From contig OZ223209.1 in assembly GCA_965140415.1 (NCBI GenBank), positions 2,528,001 through 2,592,000 on the forward strand: DNA of 64,000 bases. The letters are read 5' to 3'. Position 1 is the first letter of the stretch, and every line of letters begins with the position of its first letter. Position numbers and translations under genes: made by a program. The DNA comes from Myxococcota bacterium. Lineage in GTDB: Bacteria > Myxococcota_A > SURF-8. This document shows positions 29,676 through 40,431 of this stretch, one piece after another. The notes beneath the pieces are model-generated. The model was not told where the DNA came from, did no database searches, and saw only the letters and a program-made list of their open reading frames with translations.

Positions 29676-30145
29676 ATGGGTTAAGAATTCTCGCCTCAAA
29701 GCCTAACCTCTTATTTTCTATAAAGCTTTGTAACCAGATCCAATCGTTGAGTACAAAGAGATTGATTGGTGCAAAAAGAATGCAGTAATTAGGTTCGTTT
29801 ACCAACGAGCAAGCGCTGTCATGTCGCCATTAAAGAAAATGAACCCGGTTGTATCACTGCTAGAGGAGGAAAAAGTCGGAAGATTAATGAGAAAATCGAT
29901 CTCATCCAAGAATACGTTTGGTGTTCTGTGTCTACTAAAGAGGAAAAATTATGAATATTACTAATGTGGCCAAAGGGTAAACCGGACATGGTTGTGTGCG
30001 GTTCTTAAGTGGCACAATGGTGTTTTAAGATTCGATATCCGTTCATGGTTTATAAGTGCCTGAAAAAGCACGATAATAGTAGCGTGGAAAAAAAATAATA
30101 AGAAAACAATCATTTTTTAGTTGATTTGTACGAATTAGTATGAGA

Positions 30146-30185
30146 GGCTAATAGGCAAGTCGGCCAAATGGCCAAAAGGTCATTG
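30146..30185 (+). repeat. Five imperfect tandem 8-bp direct repeats upstream of the HTH-REC regulator
   Basis: GGCTAATA GGCAAGTC GGCCAAAT GGCCAAAA GGTCATTG. Confidence 0.6.
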
Positions 30186-30265
30186 GGCTTTCTGGCAATT
30201 CGTGTAAAAGCAGTATGATTTTCTGGGAGGCTCTGTTTGGCAGTTATCGCTGTCGAGGGTAAGGC

Positions 30266-30874
30266 ATGAAGCATAAAGATCACTTTACTAGTGGAGATGT
30301 TGCCCAATTGTTGGGGATACCGTCACGGACGGTCAGACGATATTTAACGAGTGGAAAAATTGCGGCGGTGCAGAATCCGATTACCGGAACATGGTCCATC
30401 AGTCGAGATGCGCTGGTCGCATTTATGGTACAGCACGATCTTGATACAGGGATTTTGGTAAACGATTGCAAGGTACTTATTGTCGATGATGATGAATCTG
30501 TGTTGCATTTTGTGTCGCGCGCACTACAGCGGTCAAAATGGAGTATGGATGTGGAATCCGTATCGAGTGGCTATGACGCGCTGATCAAACTGGGCATGAA
30601 ACTGCCAGATATTGTGATTTTGGATTTACATATGCCTGGCACGGATGGCAGGCAGGTGATTGAGGCAATTCGTGGCAATGAAGAGACTCGTAATATCAAG
30701 ATCATGGTTATCAGCGGATACCCGGATGAAATGCGGTTATTGCCCAATGGGTCAGTGGATTATGTCTTGGGAAAACCTTTTGGAATAAACGAATTGTACT
30801 CGGCCTTCAGCAAGTTGCTGTCTCGCGGATTAAATGAGGGGGCAGATTCTGGAATTGAAATGTCAACGACATAA
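30266..30874 (+). CDS. Response regulator with N-terminal excisionase/MerR-like (HTH_17) DNA-binding domain and C-terminal REC domain
   Basis: FTSGDVAQLLGIPSRTVRRY...GKI; VLIVDDD, LDLHMP and KPF. Confidence 0.9.
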   Translation: MKHKDHFTSGDVAQLLGIPSRTVRRYLTSGKIAAVQNPITGTWSISRDALVAFMVQHDLDTGILVNDCKVLIVDDDESVLHFVSRALQRSKWSMDVESVSSGYDALIKLGMKLPDIVILDLHMPGTDGRQVIEAIRGNEETRNIKIMVISGYPDEMRLLPNGSVDYVLGKPFGINELYSAFSKLLSRGLNEGADSGIEMSTT

Positions 30875-30932
30875 AGCAGATATAATAACGGTTCTGAAAA
30901 GATTGAGATAAGAGCGAATAAAGGGGAATTCA

Positions 30933-33602
30933 ATGGGAAAACGTGAACCTGAAGAACTAGTTGAGGAACTGGCCTCTTCGGTTGTCATGGCGGATAGCGG
31001 CGATAAGCCTGCTCTGGCACAAATCCTCTCGTCTTTTGAAGAGTTGGCTGAACTTGTTAAAGATGCGGAAGATTCTATTCAGGTTTTAATTTCCGATTCG
31101 ATTGCAAAATTAAGAAATATCATCATGGATGATTCGGAAGATGCCGAAGGGGATTTCGGAGCGGTTTCCGAATCGGTTTCTCGCCTGCAAAATGCTCTGC
31201 GCGAAGGAATAAAACCTAGGAGTGAAACGGCACAATCCGCTGTTGAGGATGTTTCTGATGTAGAGGAACGGTTTGAACTCCCAAGTTGGGTCGATGAACC
31301 AACTTTTCGTGACTTCTTGTCGACCCAGAAAGTGGTTATTGATGAAATCGAAGGTGATATTTTAGGAATTGAAACGGGCGAGACGGATCTTGCGGGCTTG
31401 AAACGACGAATTCACACGATGAAGGGTGAAGCCGGAGTTGTGGGCTTGGATGATTTGCAGGAAGTTTGTCATAAATTGGAAGATTTTATGGAGTCCACTG
31501 GGGATTTGACTGAGAAAGTGGACATTTTTCTGCAAGTGAAAGATTGGATTGCACGTGCCGTCGAAGCATATTCCGAGTTCAGGAAATTTCCGAAGGATGA
31601 AATCTGGCCGGTGCTAACCGCGGGGTTAGATTCTTCAGGAGAGACGGCTGGTGAGCCTGCTGTGAAATCGGAGAAAGCTGAAATTGGATCATCAGAAAAA
31701 AGCGATGAAGATGATTCCACCCAAAGTGCCGAAGCTTCAGAACAGGAAGATGCTGAAAAGGTAAAAAGCGTTTCCCGCGATGATGAAACCATTTTAATGA
31801 TAGGTGACTTTCTTCAGGAAAGCGATGAAGGGCTCAACCAGGCTGATCTGATTCTGATGCAGGTGGAAGCGGATGGTCCTGATCCGGAAAAAGTCAATGG
31901 CTTGTTTCGCGTCTTCCATTCTATCAAGGGAGTCGCTGGATTTCTTGAGCTTGCAGACATCTCTTCTCTTGCTCATACAACCGAGACTCTTTTAAATAAT
32001 GTAAGACGAGGTTCTCTGGAGCTGGCAGGAACCAATCTGGATCTGGTCTTTGATTCCGTTGAAATGATGCGAGGAATGCTCGATAAAGTACGCAATGCAA
32101 CCGAGCAATCGACTTCTATCCAGCCAACAGAAGAACTTGAAGAACACCTTGTTCGCTTGAATGCCGCAATTGAAGGCGAGGAAATTCCGGAAAAGGACGA
32201 AATAAAGGCTGAAGCGGGCGACCGATTGGGTGAAGTGTTGGTCGCAAGCGGAAGAGTAAAGCGGGAAGATGTTGATAGTGCATTAATCGACCAGGTTGGT
32301 AGTGGCAAACCGATCGGTGAGCAACTTGTTTCCAAAGGAGTTGTAAAACCCAAAGAAGTTGCAAAGGCGATCCGTGCTCAGAATAAGGCTCAAGCCCAGG
32401 CCAAGATTAAAGAAACTGTGAAAGTCGATCTGGAAAAAGTTGACGATCTGGTTGAAATGATCGGTGAGCTGGTGATCGTCGAATCGATGGTGGCCAATCT
32501 GCCGGAAATCGCGCGAATCGTCAACCCTGCGGCTCGAAACTATCTTGGTCAACTAACCAAAATTACAAGAGATCTTCAAATCGTCGGCATGGGAATGCGC
32601 ATGGTTCCGGTGCGTGGCGTTTTCCAGAAAATGGCTCGTATGGTTCGCGATCTGTCCAGGAAGGGCGGAAAGAAAATCAATTTCGTTCAATCGGGTGAAG
32701 GTACGGAAATGGATCGCAGTATGGTTGAACAGATCAGTGATCCACTTGTTCACATGATACGAAACTCCGTCGATCATGGGATCGAGTCCGTTGAAGATCG
32801 TTTAAAGGCAGGCAAATCGGAAACCGGGGTGATTCATCTTAGCGCTTACCATGAAGGTGGAAGCATTGTGATTGAGATTGCTGACGACGGTAAAGGGTTG
32901 GATCGTGAAGCGATTCTTGCCAAAGCGATTAAAAATCAATTGATCAAAGAAAATGACAATCTATCCGAAGGTGAGATCTTTAATTTGATCTTTGCTCCGG
33001 GTTTTTCAACGGCAAAGAAAGTGACAGAAATCAGCGGGCGTGGAGTTGGCATGGATGTTGTTCGACGCAATATCGAAGCCATGCGAGGGCGGGTAATCAT
33101 CTCTTCCAAAGCTGGGAAGGGGAGTACCTTCAAACTTACACTGCCGCTGACTCTCGCGATCATCGACGGCATGTTGGTTTCATCTGGTGATGAGCGATAC
33201 ATTATACCGACTCTTTCCATCATCGAATCGATCAAGCCGGATGCTTCCATGTTGTCAACTTATGGAGGTAAGGGAGAGCTGATCAATGTTCGAGGTGAAA
33301 TTCTTCAACTCGTGCGTTTGGATCGGTTGTTCAATATTTCCGGAGCGAAACAGGAGCCAACCGATGCGCTGGTTGTGATTCTTGAAAGCTATGGGAAGAA
33401 AATCGGTTTATTGGTTGATGATGTTCTTACCCAGCAGCAGGTGGTTATCAAGAGTCTTGGTGAGGGTATGCAGCAAATGAAGTTCGTTTCCGGTGCGGCG
33501 ATTCTGTCTGATGGTCGCGTTGGCTTGATTTTAAATGTAGAGGAAATCGGTTCGATTATAATGGATGGAAAATTTGGTTCGGCAAAGAAAGATCCGAGTT
33601 GA
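30933..33602 (+). CDS. cheA: Chemotaxis histidine kinase CheA with two HPt domains
   Basis: IHTMKGEAG and FHSIKGVAG HPt motifs, HMIRNSVDHG, GRGVGMDVV, C-terminal CheW domain. Confidence 0.96.
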   Translation: MGKREPEELVEELASSVVMADSGDKPALAQILSSFEELAELVKDAEDSIQVLISDSIAKLRNIIMDDSEDAEGDFGAVSESVSRLQNALREGIKPRSETAQSAVEDVSDVEERFELPSWVDEPTFRDFLSTQKVVIDEIEGDILGIETGETDLAGLKRRIHTMKGEAGVVGLDDLQEVCHKLEDFMESTGDLTEKVDIFLQVKDWIARAVEAYSEFRKFPKDEIWPVLTAGLDSSGETAGEPAVKSEKAEIGSSEKSDEDDSTQSAEASEQEDAEKVKSVSRDDETILMIGDFLQESDEGLNQADLILMQVEADGPDPEKVNGLFRVFHSIKGVAGFLELADISSLAHTTETLLNNVRRGSLELAGTNLDLVFDSVEMMRGMLDKVRNATEQSTSIQPTEELEEHLVRLNAAIEGEEIPEKDEIKAEAGDRLGEVLVASGRVKREDVDSALIDQVGSGKPIGEQLVSKGVVKPKEVAKAIRAQNKAQAQAKIKETVKVDLEKVDDLVEMIGELVIVESMVANLPEIARIVNPAARNYLGQLTKITRDLQIVGMGMRMVPVRGVFQKMARMVRDLSRKGGKKINFVQSGEGTEMDRSMVEQISDPLVHMIRNSVDHGIESVEDRLKAGKSETGVIHLSAYHEGGSIVIEIADDGKGLDREAILAKAIKNQLIKENDNLSEGEIFNLIFAPGFSTAKKVTEISGRGVGMDVVRRNIEAMRGRVIISSKAGKGSTFKLTLPLTLAIIDGMLVSSGDERYIIPTLSIIESIKPDASMLSTYGGKGELINVRGEILQLVRLDRLFNISGAKQEPTDALVVILESYGKKIGLLVDDVLTQQQVVIKSLGEGMQQMKFVSGAAILSDGRVGLILNVEEIGSIIMDGKFGSAKKDPS

Positions 33603-33657
33603 AGTTGTGGCAATCGGATCGTTGATGTGCTGAGCCGGATGAATCAAGGAGGGCAAA

Positions 33658-34206
33658 ATGGAAAATGACAAAGGAACGGATGTGGGGCGAACGGAGAAGG
33701 ACGCCCAAAACGAAGATGCGCTTTCAACAGGAGTTGGTGAAGCCTTAGCGGGGAAGTATATGACTTTCAAGCTCGCCAAAGAAGAATACGGGCTTGAAAT
33801 TCTGAAGGTTCGTGAAATTATTGGAATGATGGATATTACGCGAGTTCCCAAGACCGATGAGTTTATCCGAGGAGTCATTAACCTGCGGGGAAAAGTGATT
33901 TCCGTTATCGATTTGCGTATGAAATTCGGAATGGACCAGACAGAAGAAACCGATCAGACGGTCATCATTGTCGTTCAGGTGCAACACAATGACATCGAAC
34001 TGACGATGGGAATTCTAGTGGACGAGGTGCTGGAAGTGTTGGATGTCAGTTCCTCTCAGATCGAGCCTCCTCCTACTTTTGGTGGCGGATCGATTAACAC
34101 GGACTTTATTCTTGGTGTAGGAAAGATCGACAAGCGTGTGGTTTTCCTGCTGGATATCAACAAGGTACTTACCGCTGAAGAAACGAAAGCGGTGATGAGC
34201 GTATAA
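33658..34206 (+). CDS. cheW: Chemotaxis coupling protein CheW
   Basis: EEYGLEILKVREII and GVINLRGKVISVIDLR. Confidence 0.96.
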   Translation: MENDKGTDVGRTEKDAQNEDALSTGVGEALAGKYMTFKLAKEEYGLEILKVREIIGMMDITRVPKTDEFIRGVINLRGKVISVIDLRMKFGMDQTEETDQTVIIVVQVQHNDIELTMGILVDEVLEVLDVSSSQIEPPPTFGGGSINTDFILGVGKIDKRVVFLLDINKVLTAEETKAVMSV

Positions 34207-34254
34207 GGTGAAAAGCTTGGTGATGTTGAGTGAAAATAATTACGCAGGTTGAAA

Positions 34255-35064
34255 ATGGACGCAAAGCTATTTGATAAATTTCGCGAGATTGCATACTCGA
34301 TGGCAGGGATTGATATCAAGCCGGGTAAAGAAGCCTTGGTTTCTGCGCGTGTGCAAAAACGCTTGCGCGTGTTAAAAATCGATAGTGCCTGGGATTATCT
34401 CGATTTCTTGCAGAATGATGTGACTGGTGAAGAGCTTATCCACTTTCTTGATGCCATCTCAACAAACTTCACAAGCTTTTTCAGGGAATCGGATCATTTC
34501 GATCTGCTAGCGGAATCTGTCAAAGCGCGTTTGGATAAAGGTCAGAAGCGTTTTCGATTCTGGTCTGCGGCATCCTCAAGCGGTGAGGAGCCCTACAGTA
34601 TGGCCATGACGATCGAAGAGGCAATGGATGGAAAGTCGGCAGAATATCGGATTCTGGCAACGGACATTTCTACTCGGATTCTAGCGAGAGCCCAGTCCGG
34701 TCTTTATGATCCCAAAACGGTGGGGAGCATTCCTAAGACTTTGCGTATCAAGCACTTTGAACGTGAAGGCCATGTTGGAAAAGAAGATGAATTGTTTAGG
34801 GTAAAACCGCTGTTGCGCGAGAAAATCGTATTCAAGCGCTTGAACCTTTCTGCTCCGCCTTTTCCAATGACAGGCCCGCTTGATTTCGTGTTTTGCAGAA
34901 ACGTTATGATTTACTTTGACAAGCGAGTACGCCAGAATCTTATCAGTGAAATCGAACGGTTACTCGCTCCGGGTGGTTACTTGGTAATTGGTCACACAGA
35001 AACGCTTACTGGGTTGAAAAACGGATTTAAAGTTATTCGACCTTCAGTCTACAGGAAAAACTGA
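34255..35064 (+). CDS. cheR: Chemotaxis methyltransferase CheR
   Basis: TNFTSFFRE, WSAASSSGEEPYS and FCRNVMIYF. The start could also be 34249. Confidence 0.96.
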   Translation: MDAKLFDKFREIAYSMAGIDIKPGKEALVSARVQKRLRVLKIDSAWDYLDFLQNDVTGEELIHFLDAISTNFTSFFRESDHFDLLAESVKARLDKGQKRFRFWSAASSSGEEPYSMAMTIEEAMDGKSAEYRILATDISTRILARAQSGLYDPKTVGSIPKTLRIKHFEREGHVGKEDELFRVKPLLREKIVFKRLNLSAPPFPMTGPLDFVFCRNVMIYFDKRVRQNLISEIERLLAPGGYLVIGHTETLTGLKNGFKVIRPSVYRKN

Positions 35065-35134
35065 GAAGGTGTTGAACCGTTTGGGAAGATGGTGGCTATC
35101 ATAATAATTCAAATCGTTTAGATAAGGTCTGATC

Positions 35135-35614
35135 ATGAACCTGATAACGGTAGATATTTCAGACATACAGGTAAGCAATGATGCTGATGGGGTGCTGGTA
35201 ACATATGCCTTGGGTTCTTGTATCGCAGTGATGTTGTACGATCCTGTGTTGCATGTCGGAGGTATGATTCACTATATGTTGCCATTGTCTAAAACTTCTC
35301 CGGAAAAAGCGAAGGTAAAACCGGCGATGTTTGCAGATACCGGTGTCCCTCTTCTGTTTAAGAAAATGTATGAGCTTGGATGTAAAAAAGACAATTTGAT
35401 CGTCAAGGTAACAGGTGGCGGAAAAGTCTATGACGACAAGGGTGTCTTTGATATCGGAAAGCGTAACTATACAGTACTGAGAAAAATCTTCTGGAAGAAT
35501 GGTGTGATAATAAAAGCGGAAGATGTGGGGGGGAATCGTTCCCGGACTGCACGATTATTCCTTGGTGATGGTCGTGTGGAAATTCAATCCCAAGGGGAAA
35601 GGTGGGAGCTATGA
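35135..35614 (+). CDS. cheD: Chemoreceptor glutamine deamidase CheD
   Basis: TYALGSCIAV, GGMIHYMLP, IGKRN and EDVGG. Confidence 0.94.
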   Translation: MNLITVDISDIQVSNDADGVLVTYALGSCIAVMLYDPVLHVGGMIHYMLPLSKTSPEKAKVKPAMFADTGVPLLFKKMYELGCKKDNLIVKVTGGGKVYDDKGVFDIGKRNYTVLRKIFWKNGVIIKAEDVGGNRSRTARLFLGDGRVEIQSQGERWEL

Positions 35615-36477
35615 CCTTAAAAGATCAAATCCTCTCACAAGTAGAGCGAATTCCGCCTATTCCGGGTGCGGTGGCGCATCTTTCAACTCTAATCCACTCA
35701 AAGAATGCAGGAGCCGGGGATTTTGAAAAGGTTATCAAACTCGATCCCGCGATGACGGCCAATATTTTACATATTGCCAATTCCAGTTATTTCGGTTGCC
35801 CCAAGGAAGTGACAAGCGTACGCCAAGCGGTTGTTGTGATTGGAGCAAGGCGTGTTTTCGAAGCTGCTTTGGCGACATCCATGTTGGGAGTGTTGCCGGA
35901 TAAGATAGCCGGTTACGACATCAGTTCCGATTCATTTTGGGTTCACTCTATAGCTGTTGCCATGGTTTCAGAGCGGTTGGCGAAAGAGTTGAAGTTGAAT
36001 GTTTCAGACCTTGTCTTCACCGGAGGTTTGTTGCATGATATAGGAAAACTGGCTATCGGTACGTTCCTTTCAAAGCAGCAGCAAGCGGTAAAGGATAATT
36101 TGGATAAGGGAGATGAGGCTTTCGTTTCACTTGAAAGAAAGCTACTTGGCATTGACCACAGTGAGATCGGTATCGATATCGCGAAGCAATGGAATTTCCC
36201 CGATCCGATTGTCTGGGCGGTAGGATGGCATCATCGGCCCAATGAAACGCCAGAAGGTGCGGACCAGAACTTGATTGACTTGGTACATATTGCTGACAGC
36301 TTGGCCCATTCGCTTGGTTTTGGAGCGGATGTCGGTGAGTTGTCCCGTAAAGTCGAGCCGGAAACGATCTCGCGCTTGGGATTAAAAGTTGGCCGACTTG
36401 AGTATGTAGCTAGTGAGATCTTAGATCAAATTAACGAAATTGGACATATTTTCAGGAAGGCTACTGGAGGAGAATGA
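35611..36477 (+). CDS. HDOD domain protein
   Basis: DPAMTANILHIANS, FWVHS, GLLHDIGK and WHHRP. Confidence 0.93.
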   Translation: MTLKDQILSQVERIPPIPGAVAHLSTLIHSKNAGAGDFEKVIKLDPAMTANILHIANSSYFGCPKEVTSVRQAVVVIGARRVFEAALATSMLGVLPDKIAGYDISSDSFWVHSIAVAMVSERLAKELKLNVSDLVFTGGLLHDIGKLAIGTFLSKQQQAVKDNLDKGDEAFVSLERKLLGIDHSEIGIDIAKQWNFPDPIVWAVGWHHRPNETPEGADQNLIDLVHIADSLAHSLGFGADVGELSRKVEPETISRLGLKVGRLEYVASEILDQINEIGHIFRKATGGE

Positions 36478-36875
36478 TGGGGTACAATATTTTAGTGGTT
36501 GACGACTCTGACATTATCCGTTCCGTGATCAAGAAATCACTGGATATGTCCGGACTGCAAATCGGTGTTTTGCATGATGCCGCGAACGGGGTAGAAGCCC
36601 TTGAGGTCTTGGACAAAGAATGGGTGGATATCGTTTTCTCCGATATCAATATGCCGGAAATGAACGGGTTGGAACTGGTGGAAAAAATGTCTGCTGATGA
36701 GGCATTTAACCAAATTCCCGTAGTCATCATTTCCACCGAGAGAAGTCAGGCCCGTATCGATTCCCTGATGCGGCGTGGCGTTAGAGGGTATATTAACAAG
36801 CCGTTTACTCCGGAACAACTACGGGATATCGTTCTTGAAGTCCTCAAAGGGGAAGGGGAGGCTAGTCATGAGTGA
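36474..36875 (+). CDS. cheY: Single-domain response regulator (CheY-like)
   Basis: ILVVDDS, SDINMPEMNG and KPFT. Confidence 0.85.
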   Translation: MMGYNILVVDDSDIIRSVIKKSLDMSGLQIGVLHDAANGVEALEVLDKEWVDIVFSDINMPEMNGLELVEKMSADEAFNQIPVVIISTERSQARIDSLMRRGVRGYINKPFTPEQLRDIVLEVLKGEGEASHE

Positions 36876-37332
36876 ACTGCCTAATCGTGAACAGATAGCC
36901 GAAGTGGCGGGACGTGTATTAGAGGAGGCTGCATTTATATTTACCGAACCCATGGAAGAAGAGGAAGAATGGGACGATGATGTCCTGATGTCTGTTATCT
37001 CTTTCTCTGGTCCGAAAAAAGGTAGAATTGCGCTGGCCTCTTCATTTCAGTTTGGTACGGAACTGGCTGCTAATCTGTTGGGAGTAGAGCCTGATGATGA
37101 ACAGGCTGCCGAGAAAGCAGGTGGAGCATTAAGCGAAATCCTGAATATGCTGGCCGGTTCACTTGTTGCAGAAGTGTTTGGTACCGGTGTCGTTGTCAAT
37201 TTAGGTATTCCTGAAACCAAGCGAATTGATAAAGAAGACTTTTCTTCTCAAAGCGGAGATTATTCGGAATGGCTTCATTTCCAGACGGACGATGATAGCC
37301 GGATCGATTTGGGCATCCAATTTGACGAGTAA
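36868..37332 (+). CDS. cheX: CheX/CheC-like phosphatase
   Basis: ISFSGP, LAANLLG and EILNMLAG (ExxN motif); ATG at 36868 after GGAGG. Confidence 0.8.
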   Translation: MSELPNREQIAEVAGRVLEEAAFIFTEPMEEEEEWDDDVLMSVISFSGPKKGRIALASSFQFGTELAANLLGVEPDDEQAAEKAGGALSEILNMLAGSLVAEVFGTGVVVNLGIPETKRIDKEDFSSQSGDYSEWLHFQTDDDSRIDLGIQFDE

Positions 37333-37337
37333 GCCCA

Positions 37338-38940
<1,603 letters not shown>

Positions 38941-39048
38941 AGAACGCATTAAAAGTATCGTGTTCAAAGTGTAAACGACTTTTCCTTGCATCGTTCCTTG
39001 CAAGCAGGTATCAAAGAAGAGTCTTACTCTATAGGTGATGGCTTTGCG

Positions 39049-40314
39049 ATGGAGCGAAAGTCTGTACTGATCAATAAACAAAATGAAGAAAAGATCAAGC
39101 GGGAGTTGATTCAAGCTCTTGCTGAACGTCCGTTGCATGTCGTATTGCAGGCGGAATCCGAATCGGCAGTGGCAGCCATGATCCGGTTGGCAAGATTGGC
39201 CAAAGTCAATGGTGCTAGTCGTGTTGACATACAGGACGATGGTCGATTGATTTCGCGTGAGTCTGTTCGCAAAGCCTTAAAGTATGTAGGGATTACATCC
39301 GTTATGCCAACTCCTGAATCTGTTCAGGATCCTGTTGGGGCAAAGCGCATTGCCCAGATTGTGCTGAATTACCCCGAGTGGCTGTTGCCATATTACGTAG
39401 TATTCAATCACCGAAATCATGATGGTCAGATGCGTTCGGAAGCCATTTTACGTCCCACCTTCAAATGCAACGAAAACTGCCATTTCTGTTGGCTCAGGCA
39501 GGATCAAATTGATCCCGGCTTTGAATTGAATAAGGCAATGATCGGGTTATTAGCGCAAAAGGGACTTCATTACCTTGCATTCTCCGGGGGAGAGCCAACG
39601 TTGCTAAATGAACTGCCTGAATTGATTAGACTTGCCAAGCAAAAGGGTATTGCGGAAGTTTCATTGCAAACCAATGGTTTTAGCATTCAAAGTAAACGCG
39701 ATGTCAATGCACTGAAAAAAGCAGGTTTGGATTGGGTTTTCCTCGCTTTGCATGGAGCCTCTGCCGATGTGGCTGATTGTATTACTGAAAAGCCGGGAGG
39801 TTTTAGCCGAACGCTTAATGCCTTAAGGAGCTTGCTGGATGGCAATGTGCCTGTCATGTTGAATTTTGTCATGACGGATTTAAACATTGAAACTTTGCCG
39901 GAATACGCTCGTTTTGTGATCGCAGAGCGTGACAGATCGGGTCGGGAGTTGATGATCAATTTCTCATTGGCTGCGCCCATGGGGCGTTATGAAGAGGATT
40001 ACCTCGCACATACTCCACGATTGTCTGCGCTTCGAAAGCCGTTGACGCGCGCATTGCATCTGTTGGCTGATGCTGAAATTGGGTTGGATGGTTTAAGCAG
40101 TGCCTGCGGTCCACCGTTATGTGCCATCGAGGATTTATCTCTATTAAAGGATTTACCCATAATTGCAGAGGATATTTCCGAATCGGATTTTGTGAAGTCG
40201 TCTGACTGTTCCTATTGCGGAATGACTTCGTATTGCCACGGAATACGCAGGATCTATGCCGAGCGGTTCGGTTTAGATGAAGTTCGCCCATTTCCTGTAA
40301 TCACATACTCGTGA
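39049..40314 (+). CDS. Radical SAM protein with C-terminal Cys cluster
   Basis: CNENCHFC, SGGEPT, QTNG and C-terminal CSYCGMTSYCHG. Confidence 0.9.
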   Translation: MERKSVLINKQNEEKIKRELIQALAERPLHVVLQAESESAVAAMIRLARLAKVNGASRVDIQDDGRLISRESVRKALKYVGITSVMPTPESVQDPVGAKRIAQIVLNYPEWLLPYYVVFNHRNHDGQMRSEAILRPTFKCNENCHFCWLRQDQIDPGFELNKAMIGLLAQKGLHYLAFSGGEPTLLNELPELIRLAKQKGIAEVSLQTNGFSIQSKRDVNALKKAGLDWVFLALHGASADVADCITEKPGGFSRTLNALRSLLDGNVPVMLNFVMTDLNIETLPEYARFVIAERDRSGRELMINFSLAAPMGRYEEDYLAHTPRLSALRKPLTRALHLLADAEIGLDGLSSACGPPLCAIEDLSLLKDLPIIAEDISESDFVKSSDCSYCGMTSYCHGIRRIYAERFGLDEVRPFPVITYS

Positions 40315-40431
40315 TTGGGTTCGTTTATTGCCCGATTTGTTCAGTGTTGACAGTAATTCTCCATACTGATATCCATTAAATATTGTGCTTTAAGCGCACC
40401 GCCAGAATATCGTGAATGATGGAGGTTTTCG

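Noticed and set aside
29970-30030. Possible c-di-GMP-I (GEMM) riboswitch upstream of the che cluster
   Set aside because: Only GGTAAACC resembles the motif; the GNRA loop, GCAAAG junction and P2 stem are absent.
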